Below are positions 1 to 11,390 of a stretch of 64,000 nucleotides of DNA, piece by piece; the stretch's first letter is position 1; each line of letters starts with the position of its first letter. This DNA is from Escherichia coli. Its GTDB lineage: Bacteria > Pseudomonadota > Gammaproteobacteria > Enterobacterales > Enterobacteriaceae. Made by a program: the position numbers and the translations under genes. Where the stretch lies: NCBI RefSeq assembly GCF_003018255.1, contig NZ_CP027440.1; one strand, written 5' to 3'. The notes below the pieces were generated by a model that worked only from the letters and a program-made list of their open reading frames with translations, was not told where the DNA came from and did not search any database.

Positions 1-793
1 CCGTATCGTGCGCAAGGTTGCTGACATTCTCCTTCATCGCGTTAAAACGGTTTTGCAGTTCGCGACCTACCATCAGACGGACGATATCGTCATTTGACAC
101 ATCGCTCACCATGCCGCTGCAAACGCTGCTGCCGTCTTTCATCACCGTATAGCGGTCGCAAATACGGCGAATTTCCGCCAATTTATGCGAGATATAGACG
201 ATGGCCGTACCCTCCTTACGCAACTGATTCATGATCAGAAACAAATAGTCCACCTCTTTATTAGTGAGTGAGGAGGTGGGTTCATCCATGATGATGACTT
301 TGGCGTCGAGCATCAGCGTTTTGGCAATTTCCAGCATCTGCTTGTGGCTGATAGATAAATTCGCCACTTTCTCATCTAAATCAACTTTCAAGCCCACGCG
401 TAATAACATCATGGCGGCGCGGACACGCATTTCTCGCCAGTCGATAATATTGACGCCACAGATTTTTTTCGTCAGATGACGACCAATATATAAATTTTCC
501 AGTACGGTTAATTCATCAATAACGCTGAGTTCTTGATAAATAATCCCGATGCCGAGTTGTGCCGCTAATTTATGATCCAGTTTGTTATAGTTAATGTTAT
601 TAATGGTAATGGTGCCTTTGGTCGGCTCATGTATTCCGGATAAAACTTTCATTAGCGTGGATTTACCCGCGCCATTTTCTCCTAGTAATGCATGTATTTC
701 ACCAGGATAAACCGTTAAATTAACCGACTTTAATGCGTGAACCGGACCAAAGGACTTGCCGATCCCCGCCATCGATATATATGGCGTGGCCAT
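1..793 (-). CDS. alsA: D-allose ABC transporter ATP-binding protein, N-terminal part (gene runs off the window start)
   Basis: Minus-strand frame starting at 793 (MATPYISMAGIGKSF...) with Walker A GENGAGKST; sits upstream of alsB as in the E. coli als operon (recalled). Confidence 0.85.
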   Translation of the reverse strand, partial: MATPYISMAGIGKSFGPVHALKSVNLTVYPGEIHALLGENGAGKSTLMKVLSGIHEPTKGTITINNINYNKLDHKLAAQLGIGIIYQELSVIDELTVLENLYIGRHLTKKICGVNIIDWREMRVRAAMMLLRVGLKVDLDEKVANLSISHKQMLEIAKTLMLDAKVIIMDEPTSSLTNKEVDYLFLIMNQLRKEGTAIVYISHKLAEIRRICDRYTVMKDGSSVCSGMVSDVSNDDIVRLMVGRELQNRFNAMKENVSNLAHDT

Positions 794-920
794 AAATAAC
801 CTCTCTGCACGAAATATCGTATTATTGCCTGATGGGCTACACTTATCAGGTCTACGTTCAGGTTATTTTGTTGGCCGGATAAGACACTTCATTAGCATCA
901 CCATCCGGCATCATTTAGTT

Positions 921-1856
921 TTATTGAGTGACCAGGATTGAATCGACCAGTTTAAATTCCGGTGCTTTATCCAGCGGGATAACCTTGCCGGATTTTTCAG
1001 CGTCAACCATCAGCTTCAGACCCGTTGCGCCGATATCCGCCGGGTTCTGGGCAACCGTCGCGGTCATTTGTCCGGCTTCCACCATTTTGCGGGCTTCCGG
1101 AATGCCATCTGTACCGACGACCAGCACTTTTCCCGTTTTTCCGGCGTTTGCGACAGCCTGAGCAACACCCATTGCCATCGTGTCATTCGCGCAATAGATC
1201 GCTTTAATATTCGGATTACGTTGCAACACGTTAGTGGCGACATCCAGTGCTTTAATACGGTCCCAGTCGGCAGGCTGGCTGGCGACAAGCTTGATCTGGC
1301 TTGCTTTTTTGAAGGCTTCGGTGGCACCATTACGACGCGCTTCACCGGAGGCGTTACCGGCTTTACCCTCAATGATTGCGACTTCACCCCCTTCGGCACC
1401 CAGCTTGTCAATAATGAATGACGCGCCTTTCGCCCCGACGGCAACATTATCGGTGGTGACAAAACCTTCCACATTACCGCCTGCTTTTTTCAGATTATCC
1501 ATGTCGATTTTTTCATCGAGATTGACCAGATAAATGCCTTTTTTCCATGCGCGGGCGACAGGCATGACCAGGTTCACTGAGGATAATGGTGCGAAGGCGA
1601 TACCTTTGTAATTTTTATTACTGAGATCTTCAAATAACTGCAATTGAGATTGAAAATCGCCTTCTGAAGGAGAGGCAAAAATATCAACGCTGACGCCCAG
1701 CGTTTTTGCTTCATCTTCAATGCCTTTTTTCATATCTACCCAAAATGGATTGGAGAGTGTTTTCAATACGACGGCATATTCGGCGGCAGCAAAAGCGCTG
1801 GTTGACAACATTAAGCCCACGAGTGTGCCGCTGAAATATTTCAGATATTTATTCAT
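921..1856 (-). CDS. alsB: D-allose-binding periplasmic protein
   Basis: ORF track 921..1862; signal peptide then periplasmic sugar-binding fold; start taken at MNKYLKYF to give 311 aa. Confidence 0.9.
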   Translation of the reverse strand: MNKYLKYFSGTLVGLMLSTSAFAAAEYAVVLKTLSNPFWVDMKKGIEDEAKTLGVSVDIFASPSEGDFQSQLQLFEDLSNKNYKGIAFAPLSSVNLVMPVARAWKKGIYLVNLDEKIDMDNLKKAGGNVEGFVTTDNVAVGAKGASFIIDKLGAEGGEVAIIEGKAGNASGEARRNGATEAFKKASQIKLVASQPADWDRIKALDVATNVLQRNPNIKAIYCANDTMAMGVAQAVANAGKTGKVLVVGTDGIPEARKMVEAGQMTATVAQNPADIGATGLKLMVDAEKSGKVIPLDKAPEFKLVDSILVTQ

Positions 1857-1914
1857 AATCATGTTCTCACGGTAAGGGGATAGGTAACTCCGCGATGGCG
1901 GAATTACCTTTTTC

Positions 1915-2805
1915 TTATTTCAGCGCGCCTGGTGAGAAGAAATCAACAATTGCGCCGGTTTTTTGCATATTAATATTAGCTTGTTCAATGTTGAGCTGGG
2001 CGACAGAGACAAAAAACGCGTCCAGCAAAGTTAGTTGTAATATTCTTGCCGAGGCATTACGACCTAATAACGGTGTTTCCGGGGCCGGTGAGCAAATAAT
2101 ATAATCGGCCAGCTTCGCTATCGGTGAATGGTAGCTATGCGTTATACAAATAATCTTTGCCCCGTTCTTTTTTGCCAGTTCTACAGCCGCTTTTACATCA
2201 CTGGTTCGCCCGGAATGGGTCACCACCAGCACCACATCTCCTTCCTGTAACAACGAAGCAGACATCATCATGATGTGAGCGTCCGGATAGGCCTGGCAGC
2301 GTACGCCAATGCGCAAAAACTTGTGCTGTACATCAGCACAGATTGCATTTGATCCTCCGGCACCGTACAAATCCCGCTGTCTGGCCTGATAGAAAAAGCG
2401 GGCGGCACGGTGGATCTCATCAACGTTGACGATCGACTGACCTTCCATAATGGTGCGTAAAGTGATGTTAAATACCTTATTCACCACATCCTGCGGCGCT
2501 TCATCAAAAGCCAACTCGGAAGGCAATACTTGTTCTGACTGAGAAAAATAATCTTCCAGCGCACTGCGTAAGTTACGAAAGCCGCTAAACCCCAGCAGCT
2601 TTGATACCTTAACGATCATCGCTTCAGATACCGCCAGAGCTTCTGCGACATCTTTAATTGCGGGTGCACAACTCAGGTTACCGGGTTTGAGTAACCACTC
2701 CACGATGCGGCTTTCGTTTTCTGTCATTCCTTCCTGCTTCATTCGCAGGTAAGGCGCTAACCCGATACCGTTCGGAAGCGCTGAATCAAACTCTGACTGG
2801 CTCAT
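1915..2805 (-). CDS. rpiR: RpiR/AlsR-family transcriptional repressor (HTH plus SIS domain)
   Basis: ORF track 1915..2838; start taken at MSQSEFDS (296 aa); between alsB and rpiB. Confidence 0.85.
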   Translation of the reverse strand: MSQSEFDSALPNGIGLAPYLRMKQEGMTENESRIVEWLLKPGNLSCAPAIKDVAEALAVSEAMIVKVSKLLGFSGFRNLRSALEDYFSQSEQVLPSELAFDEAPQDVVNKVFNITLRTIMEGQSIVNVDEIHRAARFFYQARQRDLYGAGGSNAICADVQHKFLRIGVRCQAYPDAHIMMMSASLLQEGDVVLVVTHSGRTSDVKAAVELAKKNGAKIICITHSYHSPIAKLADYIICSPAPETPLLGRNASARILQLTLLDAFFVSVAQLNIEQANINMQKTGAIVDFFSPGALK

Positions 2806-3162
2806 CACGTTCTCTTGTCCTTGAATTGAAGACGCCACTATATCACCACAGCAAGAACAGAAAAGATGCTGGCAACTTCACAAAAAAATAAAATTTATAA
2901 AGTTTGTTTTGTTGTGAATAATGGAGAGTGGCTTAAAATTTCATTTCATTTAATCACTTTAAAAACATGATGTTATTGTTTTCCTGGTTTATTAGATGAT
3001 AGATGTTGCTGGATAGTGAGTGTCTTTAACGCTATTGCGCTGCCAGATGTAACTCTGTAAAACAGATCGGGAAGGCGGATTTCATCGATTTTGGGTGTTT
3101 TTAATTCATTTACATCACAAATGTTTTTTGATTGTGAAGTTTTGCGCGGGCGGGGAAGATGA

Positions 3163-3612
3163 ATGAAAAAGATTGCATTTGGCTGTGATCATGTCGGTTT
3201 CATTTTAAAACATGAAATAGTGGCACATTTAGTTGAGCGTGGCGTTGAAGTGATTGATAAAGGAACCTGGTCGTCAGAGCGTACTGATTATCCGCATTAC
3301 GCCAGTCACGTCGCACTGGCCGTTGCTGGCGGAGAGGCTGATGGCGGGATTTTGATTTGTGGCACTGGCGTCGGTATTTCGATAGCGGCGAACAAGTTTG
3401 CCGGAATTCGCGCGGTCGTTTGTAGCGAACCTTATTCCGCGCAACTTTCGCGGCAGCATAACGACACCAACGTGCTGGCTTTTGGTTCACGAGTGGTTGG
3501 CCTCGAACTGGCAAAAATGATTGTCGATGCGTGGCTGGGCGCACAGTACGAAGGCGGTCGTCATCAACAACGCGTGGAGGCGATTACGGCAATAGAGCAG
3601 CGGAGAAATTGA
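3163..3612 (+). CDS. rpiB: ribose-5-phosphate isomerase B / allose-6-phosphate isomerase
   Basis: 149-aa ORF, RpiB/LacAB-like sequence (CGTGVG motif), divergent from rpiR. Confidence 0.9.
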   Translation: MKKIAFGCDHVGFILKHEIVAHLVERGVEVIDKGTWSSERTDYPHYASHVALAVAGGEADGGILICGTGVGISIAANKFAGIRAVVCSEPYSAQLSRQHNDTNVLAFGSRVVGLELAKMIVDAWLGAQYEGGRHQQRVEAITAIEQRRN

Positions 3613-3680
3613 GATTCGTCCACTACTTGCATGGATGAGTAATGACTAATGTGGATAGAGTTTCTTTTTGAGGTTGGCTA

Positions 3681-4010
3681 ATGAAACGCTTTCCGCTATT
3701 TCTTTTATTCACCCTGCTCACGCTGTCCACCGTTCCGGCCCAGGCCGATATTATCGACGACACCATTGGCAATATTCAGCAGGCGATTAACGACGCTTAT
3801 AACCCTGACCGTGGGCGAGACTATGAAGATTCGCGCGACGACGGCTGGCAGCGTGAAGTGAGCGACGATCGGCGCAGACAATATGATGACCGCCGCCGCC
3901 AGTTTGAAGATCGCCGCAGGCAGCTGGACGATCGCCAGCGCCAGCTTGATCAGGAGCGTCGGCAACTGGAAGATGAAGAGCGGAGAATGGAAGATGAGTA
4001 TGGGCGTTGA
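3681..4010 (+). CDS. yjdP: small secreted protein with repeated DDRRRQ-type motifs
   Basis: 109-aa ORF with N-terminal signal peptide and charged repeats; position between rpiB and phnP. Confidence 0.7.
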   Translation: MKRFPLFLLFTLLTLSTVPAQADIIDDTIGNIQQAINDAYNPDRGRDYEDSRDDGWQREVSDDRRRQYDDRRRQFEDRRRQLDDRQRQLDQERRQLEDEERRMEDEYGR

Positions 4011-4037
4011 TATAGGGGCCGGCGCGGGTATTTTCCC

Positions 4038-4796
4038 TCACGCCACCTCAATCTCCATCCCATCAAACCCCGCCTCAAACCCCGATGGTAGCGCGTTTTC
4101 CATCAGCCACGCATCAAACTGATGGCTGATATGGGTCAGAATCACCCGCGGCGAGCGGATAACCTGATTCAGCGCAAGCACGGTATTTAAATCACAGTGA
4201 TTACGCGGTGCATCCTCGCGCGGCGGGTGGCTGCAATCAATCACCATTACCTGCGGCTGATTATTGCGTAAAAATTTCAGCGTTTTTTCCGGCAGGCCTG
4301 CGGTGTCAGATAGCCACGCCACCCGGCTGTGCGCCGTTTCCAGTAAATAGCCGAAAGTGAGTTTTGAGTGGTTGAGCGGTAGCGGCGTGACCTGTAATCC
4401 CTGCAAATCAAACATCACAAATGGCTCCACCGTGTGGCTGAAATCAAGCAGGCCCGAATGTTTGAATAGATCGTCGCAGCCCTGTTCATCCGGCGGGCCG
4501 TAGACCGGGATCTGATCGCCCACGCCCCAGCGCAGCGGAAACAGCCCCTGCACGTGATCCATATGGTAGTGCGTCAGCAAAAACTGCTGGAACGATCCGG
4601 GCGACCAGCGATCGGCGAGATCGTGCCGCCCGGCGTCGATCAGGGTGATCGCGTCGTTAAACTTCACGACGCCGCTGCATGGCTGGCGGCGATACTGCGG
4701 TGAGCGCCGCGCTCTGACGCAGGCCACGCACTCACAGCCCCATGCGGGAACGCCCTGTGCGCCGCCAGTGCCAGTAAGTGTGAGGGTCAGGCTCAT
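4038..4796 (-). CDS. phnP: phosphoribosyl 1,2-cyclic phosphate phosphodiesterase (metallo-beta-lactamase fold)
   Basis: 252-aa ORF with HYHMDH motif; last gene of the phn operon. Confidence 0.9.
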   Translation of the reverse strand: MSLTLTLTGTGGAQGVPAWGCECVACVRARRSPQYRRQPCSGVVKFNDAITLIDAGRHDLADRWSPGSFQQFLLTHYHMDHVQGLFPLRWGVGDQIPVYGPPDEQGCDDLFKHSGLLDFSHTVEPFVMFDLQGLQVTPLPLNHSKLTFGYLLETAHSRVAWLSDTAGLPEKTLKFLRNNQPQVMVIDCSHPPREDAPRNHCDLNTVLALNQVIRSPRVILTHISHQFDAWLMENALPSGFEAGFDGMEIEVA

Positions 4797-4797
4797 G

Positions 4798-5232
4798 TTA
4801 CAGCACCTTGGTGAAGCGGAAGTGGCTCTGCTCGTAGCCTTCGCGCAGGTAAAATCGGTGCGCGTCGTGGCGCTTCACGTTGGTGGAAAGCTCAGTCATT
4901 TCGGCCCCGGCCTGGCGGGCTTCTTCTTCTGCCCATGCCAGTAATTTGCTGCCGACATTCAGACCGCGCGCCTGCGGCATCACCACCAGTTCCTGAATTT
5001 CGCCGATCCAGTTGACATGATGCAGATGAAACTGCAAATGCAGGCCGATCATGCCGACAACTTCGCCATCCAGCAGCGCCAGTTGGTAGCGCATGTTCGG
5101 ATCGCGCAGATTGGCGTTAAACCCCACGCGAAACGCCTGGTGGTCAAACTCCGCCTGTTTTAGCTCACAAATCAGCGCGTAAACTGCGTCGGTGTCGTAC
5201 TGCGTAGCCGGGCGAAGCTCACAAGCAGGCAT
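4798..5232 (-). CDS. phnO: aminoalkylphosphonate N-acetyltransferase (GNAT)
   Basis: 144-aa ORF, GNAT-like, phn operon synteny. Confidence 0.85.
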   Translation of the reverse strand: MPACELRPATQYDTDAVYALICELKQAEFDHQAFRVGFNANLRDPNMRYQLALLDGEVVGMIGLHLQFHLHHVNWIGEIQELVVMPQARGLNVGSKLLAWAEEEARQAGAEMTELSTNVKRHDAHRFYLREGYEQSHFRFTKVL

Positions 5233-5776
5233 GGTGTTTCTCCTTCTGATGAATCAGCGTCAGCAACTTGTCGACCGACTGGCGCAGGCTGCCGTCATTA
5301 TTGAGCGTAAGACAATCCTGAGGAGTATAGCGGGCAGCGCGCGCCAGCCGGGCGTTAATTTCACTGGCATTTTCACGACCACGGTTTTCCAGGCGCTGGC
5401 GCAGGATCTCTGGCGAAACCTGTAAACAAACGGGCAGCAGCGCCGATTGATAGCGCGCCCGCGCCTGCGGCAGATGGGCGCGTGAGCCGTTGACCACCAC
5501 GTCAAATCCAGCGTGCAGCCAGAGGTCAATCTCGACGCCGACGCCATAATACAGACCGTTAGCGTGCCAGCTTAAGGCCAGAAGGTTCTGCCCCGCGCGG
5601 GTAAAAAACTCCTGCTCGCTCAGGGCGATATGGTTTTCACTTCCGGCGCTGGCGGCGCGCGTGATGTAGCGATGCGCTACCAGTAGCTGAGTTTGTTCCC
5701 GCTGGCGGAGTTCCGTCAACAGACTGTCTTTTCCGGAGCCAGAGGCCCCCATTAACCAAATCAGTTTTCCCGTCAT
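5219..5776 (-). CDS. phnN: ribose 1,5-bisphosphate phosphokinase
   Basis: 185-aa ORF with P-loop GASGSGKDS; phn synteny. Confidence 0.9.
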   Translation of the reverse strand: MTGKLIWLMGASGSGKDSLLTELRQREQTQLLVAHRYITRAASAGSENHIALSEQEFFTRAGQNLLALSWHANGLYYGVGVEIDLWLHAGFDVVVNGSRAHLPQARARYQSALLPVCLQVSPEILRQRLENRGRENASEINARLARAARYTPQDCLTLNNDGSLRQSVDKLLTLIHQKEKHHACL

Positions 5777-6912
5777 CAGAACACCCTTTTACCCTGACGC
5801 CAGACGTGGTCGATATGAATGTGATTGCCCTTGCGATGCGCCAGCACCAGGTCGGCGCGTTTGCCCTCGCCAATCACCCCGCGATCCTGAAGATTAAGCG
5901 CCTGCGCCGGATTTTTAGTCACCAGCTTCACCGCCTGCGGCAGCGTAAAGCGGTTGCTCTCGTCATCGGCGACGCGAAATGCCGCATCGAGCAGGCTGGC
6001 GGGGTAGTAGTCGGAAGAGAGGATATCCAGCAGGCCAAGCTGCGCCAGTTCACTGGCCGCCACGTTGCCGGAGTGCGAACCGCCGCGCACGATATTCGGT
6101 GCGCCCATCAGCACGTTCATGCCATGCTTGCGCGAGGCTTCTGCCGCTTCGAACGTGGTGGGAAATTCGGCGATTACGCTGCCAAGTTGGTGAGATTCAG
6201 CAACGTGGGCGTGCGTGGCGTCATCGTGGCTGGCGAGCGCAATGTGTCGCGCGCGGCACATTGCGGCGATGGTTTCGCGATTTGGCTGCGACCAGCGTGC
6301 GGCGAGCGCCAGCTGCTCTTCTTCATACTGCTGCATCTGCGCTTCGGTGAGCGAGTATTTGCCCTGATAATATTCGCGATACTTCTCGCGGTTAGCGAAC
6401 TGGCGCTGGCCCGGCGAGTGATCCATCAGCGACACCAGCGTCACCGGTTCGCGCTGCACCAGTTTTTCAAACAGCGGCAGCGTGGTGTGATGCGGCAGTT
6501 CGCAGCGCAGATGCAGACGGTGCTCGGCGCGGTTGACGCCGCGTTTCTGCGTCTCTTCGATGGCGTTGATCATCTTCTCCAGATTCTCCAGCCGATCGCC
6601 GCCGTCGCGCACGTCGCCAATCGCCACCGCGTCCAGCACGGTGGTGATGCCGCTCGCCACCATCAGCGCGTCGTGGCTACTCATTGCCGAGTGGGCGGGC
6701 CAGTCCACTTTTGGACGCGGGGTGAAGAATTTATCCAGATTATCGGTATGCAGCTCAATCAGCCCCGGCAGCAGCCAGCCACCTTCGCCGTCCATCGCTT
6801 CCGGCTGGCGGCTCTGGCTTTCGGCAAAGGCGCGAATTTTGCCATCCTGTACTTCCAGTGAACCGTGCACCACTTCGTTTTCCAGCACCAGTTTGACGTT
6901 ATTGATAATCAT
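5776..6912 (-). CDS. phnM: amidohydrolase-family RPnTP diphosphatase
   Basis: 378-aa ORF, amidohydrolase-like; phn synteny. Confidence 0.9.
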   Translation of the reverse strand: MIINNVKLVLENEVVHGSLEVQDGKIRAFAESQSRQPEAMDGEGGWLLPGLIELHTDNLDKFFTPRPKVDWPAHSAMSSHDALMVASGITTVLDAVAIGDVRDGGDRLENLEKMINAIEETQKRGVNRAEHRLHLRCELPHHTTLPLFEKLVQREPVTLVSLMDHSPGQRQFANREKYREYYQGKYSLTEAQMQQYEEEQLALAARWSQPNRETIAAMCRARHIALASHDDATHAHVAESHQLGSVIAEFPTTFEAAEASRKHGMNVLMGAPNIVRGGSHSGNVAASELAQLGLLDILSSDYYPASLLDAAFRVADDESNRFTLPQAVKLVTKNPAQALNLQDRGVIGEGKRADLVLAHRKGNHIHIDHVWRQGKRVF

Positions 6913-7589
6913 GAAGAGACTCCCATTGGGTGCAGGCGGTCGGCGACGTCATTGCGTACGGCTTCGTCATGGAAGATACCGACGATGGCCGCGCCACGGG
7001 CTTTGGCTTCGCGAATTAATTCCACCACCGCGGCGCTGTTTTTAGCGTCCAGCGAGGCGGTGGGTTCATCCAGCAGCAGAATCGGATAGTCGACGATAAA
7101 GCCACGGGCGATGTTGACGCGCTGCTGTTCGCCGCCGGAGAAGGTCGATGGTGCCAGGTGCCACAGGCGTTCAGGCACGTTCAGGCGCGTCAGTAATCGG
7201 GCGGCTTTAGCGGCGCAGGCTTCACGCGGTACGCCGGTATCGAGCAGAGGCTGCATCACCACTTCCAGTGCCGAAATACGCGGGATGACGCGCAGAAACT
7301 GGCTCACCCAGCCGATGGTGGTTTTGCGGATCTCCACCACTTTGCGGGCTGGCGCGGTGACCAGGTCTACCCATTCCTCACCGTGTTTGATCTGGATTTG
7401 CCCTTCGTCGGGCAGATAGTTGGCGTACAGCGAGCGCAGCAGGGTTGATTTTCCGCTGCCGGAGTGGCCGTGAAGCACCACGCATTCGCCTGCGTTGACG
7501 GTGAGCGAGGCACGTTGTAAGACGGGCAGGCGCACGCCGTTTTGCTGATGCAGGATGAAGGTTTTACTGACGTTTTGTACGTTAATCAT
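6909..7589 (-). CDS. phnL: C-P lyase complex ABC-type ATPase
   Basis: ORF track 6909..7703; start taken at [11 protein letters not shown] (226 aa) because the upstream extension runs into a REP cluster; Walker [10 protein letters not shown]. Confidence 0.85.
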   Translation of the reverse strand: MINVQNVSKTFILHQQNGVRLPVLQRASLTVNAGECVVLHGHSGSGKSTLLRSLYANYLPDEGQIQIKHGEEWVDLVTAPARKVVEIRKTTIGWVSQFLRVIPRISALEVVMQPLLDTGVPREACAAKAARLLTRLNVPERLWHLAPSTFSGGEQQRVNIARGFIVDYPILLLDEPTASLDAKNSAAVVELIREAKARGAAIVGIFHDEAVRNDVADRLHPMGVSS

Positions 7590-7609
7590 TTTTCGCCTCG
7601 TGGTTCGGG

Positions 7610-7696
<87 letters not shown>

Positions 7697-7699
7697 GGC

Positions 7700-8458
7700 T
7701 CAATTCTGCAAAACCGATGACACCAGCAGTTGTGTATACGGATGGTGCGGGTCGTCGAGCACGCGGTCGGTTAACCCACTCTCCACCACTTTCCCTTGCT
7801 TCATTACCAGCAAACGGTCCGCCAGCAGACGGGCGACGCCTAAATCGTGGGTGACAATCACTACCGCCAGGTTAAGCTCCATCACCAGACCGCGGAGCAG
7901 GTCCAGCAGGCGCGCCTGTACCGACACATCCAGCCCGCCAGTGGGTTCATCCATAAACACCAGCTTCGGATGCGTCACCAGGTTGCGGGCAATCTGCAAA
8001 CGTTGCTGCATGCCGCCGGAAAAGGTGGTCGGCAGGTCGTCGATCCGGTTGGCGGGAATCTCCACCTCTTCCAGCCATTTCTGCGCGGTGGCGCGAATAT
8101 CGCCGTAATGACGCGCTCCGGTTGCCATCAACCGTTCGCCGATATTGCCGCCTGCCGACACCTGGCGGCGCAGGCCGTCAAGCGGATGCTGATGCACCAC
8201 ACCCCATTCGGTGCGCAGCAGGCGACGGCGGTCGGCCTCGCTCATCGCGTACAGCGAACGGTTCTCGTAGCGAATTTCCCCTTGCTGTGGTGTCAGGCGG
8301 GCGGAAATTGATTTCAGTAGCGTGGTCTTCCCGGAACCGGACTCCCCAACAATGCCCAGAACTTCTCCCGGCCATAAATCAAAAGAGACATCGCTAAAGC
8401 CTTTGCCCGGCGCGTAAAGGTGGGTCAGGTTATTGACCGAAAGTAACGGTTGATTCAT
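7700..8458 (-). CDS. phnK: C-P lyase complex ABC-type ATPase
   Basis: ORF track 7700..8488; start at MNQPLLSV (252 aa); Walker [10 protein letters not shown]. Confidence 0.9.
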   Translation of the reverse strand: MNQPLLSVNNLTHLYAPGKGFSDVSFDLWPGEVLGIVGESGSGKTTLLKSISARLTPQQGEIRYENRSLYAMSEADRRRLLRTEWGVVHQHPLDGLRRQVSAGGNIGERLMATGARHYGDIRATAQKWLEEVEIPANRIDDLPTTFSGGMQQRLQIARNLVTHPKLVFMDEPTGGLDVSVQARLLDLLRGLVMELNLAVVIVTHDLGVARLLADRLLVMKQGKVVESGLTDRVLDDPHHPYTQLLVSSVLQN

Positions 8459-9300
8459 TGGTTTTTTGCCTCGCTCTGTTGGCGGCAATAATCGGTATCG
8501 GAGCAGACAAACATGCGGTTTCCGGCGTCATCCAGCACCACTTCATCAAGATAGCTGTGGGTCGATCCGCAGATGGCGCACGGCTCATTCCACTGCTGAA
8601 CGGTGAACGGGTGATCGTCGAAATCGAGGCTTTCCACGCGGGTAAACGGCGGCACCGCATAGATGCGCTTCTCGCGCCCCGCGCCGAACAGTTGCAGGGC
8701 GGGCATCATGTTCATTTTCGGGTTATCAAATTTCGGGATCGGCGACGGGTCCATTACGTAGCGCCCGTTTACCTTCACCGGATAGGCGTAGGTGGTGGCG
8801 ATATGACCGAAGCGGGCGATATCTTCATACAGCTTCACCTGCATCACGCCGTACTCCTCCAGCGCGTGCATGGTGCGGGTTTCCGTTTCGCGCGGCTCGA
8901 TAAAGCGCAGCGGTTCGGGGATCGGCACCTGGAAAATAATGATCTGATCTTCGGTCAGCGGCGTTTCGGGGATGCGGTGGCGCGTCTGGATAAGCGTCGC
9001 ATCGTCCGTACGTTCAGTGGTGTTTACCCCGGTCACGCGCTTAAAGAAGTTACGGATCGACACCGCGTTGGTGGTGTCGTCCGCGCCCTGGTCAATCACC
9101 TTCAGCACATCGCTTTCGCCAATCACGCTGGCGGTAAGCTGTATGCCGCCGGTTCCCCAGCCGTAGGGCATCGGCATCTCGCGCCCGCCAAACGGCACCT
9201 GATAACCGGGGATCGCCACCGCTTTTAAGATGGCGCGGCGGATCATGCGTTTGGTCTGCTCGTCGAGGTAGGCAAAGTTGTAGCCGCTCAGATTAGCCAT
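8455..9300 (-). CDS. phnJ: C-P lyase catalytic subunit (radical SAM-like, Cys-rich C-terminus)
   Basis: ORF track 8455..9489; start at MANLSGYNF (281 aa); C-terminal CxxCx..C cluster. Confidence 0.9.
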   Translation of the reverse strand: MANLSGYNFAYLDEQTKRMIRRAILKAVAIPGYQVPFGGREMPMPYGWGTGGIQLTASVIGESDVLKVIDQGADDTTNAVSIRNFFKRVTGVNTTERTDDATLIQTRHRIPETPLTEDQIIIFQVPIPEPLRFIEPRETETRTMHALEEYGVMQVKLYEDIARFGHIATTYAYPVKVNGRYVMDPSPIPKFDNPKMNMMPALQLFGAGREKRIYAVPPFTRVESLDFDDHPFTVQQWNEPCAICGSTHSYLDEVVLDDAGNRMFVCSDTDYCRQQSEAKNQ

Positions 9301-10357
9301 GGTTCTGCTCCTGTTGCAGACGTTTGAGTAGCTCCAGTTCGGCCTGGAAATCGACGTAGTGCGGGAGTTTAAGGTGCGAGACAAAGCCTGCGGCTTCGAC
9401 GTTGTCGGCATGCGCCAGCACGAACTCTTCATCCTGCGCCGGGCCTGTCGCGTGCTCGCCGTACTCCGGGGCTTGTAGAGCGCGGTCAACCAGCGCCATC
9501 GCCATCGCTTTGCGCTCGCTCATGCCGAACACCAGCCCGTAGCCGCGCGTGAAGTGCGGCGGCTCATCCGGCGGGTCGATAAAACCGTTGACCATTTCAC
9601 ATTCGGTCATCAGCAGTTCGCCGACGTTCACCGCAAATCCCAGCTCTTCCGGCACAATCGACACGTCGATATAGCCGCTGCGGATTTCGCCTGCGAACGG
9701 ATGATTGCGTCCGTAACCACGCTGGGTGGAGTAGGCCAGCGCCAGCAAATAGCCTTCGTCGCCGCGCATTAATTGTTGCAGGCGGGAGGAGCGTGAGCAG
9801 GGGTAAACCGGCGGCGTGCGGGTGATGTCGTCCGGCTGTGCGCCGCTATCTTCTTCAAACTTCGCCAGCCCCTGACGCGCCAGCAGGCTGAAAACGTGCG
9901 GCGACGGCTGTTGTTCGCTGTCGGCTGTGGTCAGCGTCGGCGCTTCGCCGTTTGCCAGCAGGGTGAAATCGAGCAGGCGATGGGTGTAGTCGTAGGTTGG
10001 GCCAAGCAGCTGGCCGCCGGGAATGTCTTTATAAACCGCCGAAATACGGCGTTCGAGCCGCATCTCCGTGGTGTCGAGCGGCTCGCTCACCGCCAGCTTT
10101 GCCAGCGTCGTGCGGTAGGCGCGCAACAGGAAAATCGCTTCAACGTTATCGCCGCTGGCCTGTTTCAGCGCCAGTGCCGCCAGCTCACGGTCGGCAATGC
10201 CGCCTTCGGTCATCACGCGATCTACCGCGAGGTTAAGCTGCTGTTCAATCTGGGCGACGCTCAGTTCGGGTAAATCGGTATCGCCCCGGCGTCGGCTCTC
10301 TTGCAGGGCGTGGGCGGCGTCGATCGCCTTCTCGCCCCCTTTCACGGCAACGTACAT
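9293..10357 (-). CDS. phnI: C-P lyase core complex subunit PhnI
   Basis: ORF track 9293..10477; start at MYVAVKGG (354 aa); ATGA overlap with the phnH stop. Confidence 0.9.
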   Translation of the reverse strand: MYVAVKGGEKAIDAAHALQESRRRGDTDLPELSVAQIEQQLNLAVDRVMTEGGIADRELAALALKQASGDNVEAIFLLRAYRTTLAKLAVSEPLDTTEMRLERRISAVYKDIPGGQLLGPTYDYTHRLLDFTLLANGEAPTLTTADSEQQPSPHVFSLLARQGLAKFEEDSGAQPDDITRTPPVYPCSRSSRLQQLMRGDEGYLLALAYSTQRGYGRNHPFAGEIRSGYIDVSIVPEELGFAVNVGELLMTECEMVNGFIDPPDEPPHFTRGYGLVFGMSERKAMAMALVDRALQAPEYGEHATGPAQDEEFVLAHADNVEAAGFVSHLKLPHYVDFQAELELLKRLQQEQNHG

Positions 10358-10941
10358 CAGCACACCTCCACATGAGTGGTTCGCGGGATAGCCAGCAGGC
10401 GCTCGCCGCAGGTCAGGATCAGGTCGATGCCGAGCGGGAACGGGTGCGGGCGCTCGGTAAGTTCGTGCAGAATGCACTCTGGCAGCTGCGGGGCGATCAT
10501 TCGTTCTTCGGCAATACCCGCGCCAGTAAGGCGCAGCATGCGCCCGCCGCTCAGGCTGACGACCTGTAAAATCAGCGTCGCGCCCGCTTCTGGCGCAACA
10601 GCGGTGCCGCTGGAAAGGGCGTTAAGCTGTTCGCTGGAAATCGCCTCATCCGTTACCGCGAAGGTCGCCAGTTCCGGCTGATTGACCAGCGGCGCGTTGG
10701 TATGAAAACGCAGGCTCTGGCTGACGATATCGTTACTTAATGGCGCAGAAAGCCACACCGGCGTGTCGTTATCGGCCAGCGTCAGCAGCACGCTGGTGGT
10801 GGCGATATTCAGCGGCTGCCAGCCGCGTTTGAGCTGATGCAGGGCGACAATCACGCCCGGCTCGCTCATGGCTTTTAACAGGCGACGAAAACTGTGCTGG
10901 GCATCCTGCACGGGAAGCATAAAAGCGGTTTCCAGGGTCAT
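10357..10941 (-). CDS. phnH: C-P lyase core complex subunit PhnH
   Basis: 194-aa ORF, phn synteny. Confidence 0.85.
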   Translation of the reverse strand: MTLETAFMLPVQDAQHSFRRLLKAMSEPGVIVALHQLKRGWQPLNIATTSVLLTLADNDTPVWLSAPLSNDIVSQSLRFHTNAPLVNQPELATFAVTDEAISSEQLNALSSGTAVAPEAGATLILQVVSLSGGRMLRLTGAGIAEERMIAPQLPECILHELTERPHPFPLGIDLILTCGERLLAIPRTTHVEVC

Positions 10942-11390
10942 GCGTTATCTCCGCGAACCATCGTAAAGAAGTCGACCCGGCTGGCGTTTACTTCGGCCTG
11001 GCGTGCGGCAATGCGTGCCATACGGTCAGCGTTCAGCGGGGCAATAAGAGTTTCTGATAAGTTTTGAAAATGGCGGGTTTGCTGCATCAGCGCGTCAATC
11101 AGCGCGCAGCGTTCGGCGTGCTGTTTGTCGCGCCCCAGCACCCAGCTGTAGCCGAGCGTGCCGTCAGTCAGGCGTACGGCGGCGCGGGTGAGCGTGGCGT
11201 CGCCAGCAAAAAAGCGTTCGCCGGTGCCACCCATCCGCGCCTGAATCTGCACCAGGCCGGTTTCAGCGGCGCGGATTACTTCATAGTCGGCAGTGATGTT
11301 CAGCGCCTTCAGGCGGGCTGCCAGTTCAGCCGGTTGGCTGTGTGCCAGTATGGACATCCAGTGCTGGCGGGTCGCGGTATCTGCGTGCAT
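10938..11390 (-). CDS. phnG: C-P lyase core complex subunit PhnG
   Basis: 150-aa ORF, phn synteny. Confidence 0.85.
   Translation of the reverse strand: MHADTATRQHWMSILAHSQPAELAARLKALNITADYEVIRAAETGLVQIQARMGGTGERFFAGDATLTRAAVRLTDGTLGYSWVLGRDKQHAERCALIDALMQQTRHFQNLSETLIAPLNADRMARIAARQAEVNASRVDFFTMVRGDNA

Noticed and set aside
3681-4010. Tandem DDRRRQ-type repeats in yjdP
   Set aside because: Protein-level low-complexity repeats inside a coding sequence with a signal peptide, not a DNA repeat element.
5806-6861. 351-aa plus-strand ORF
   Set aside because: Antisense shadow of phnM: Arg/Ala-rich low-complexity translation with no start context.
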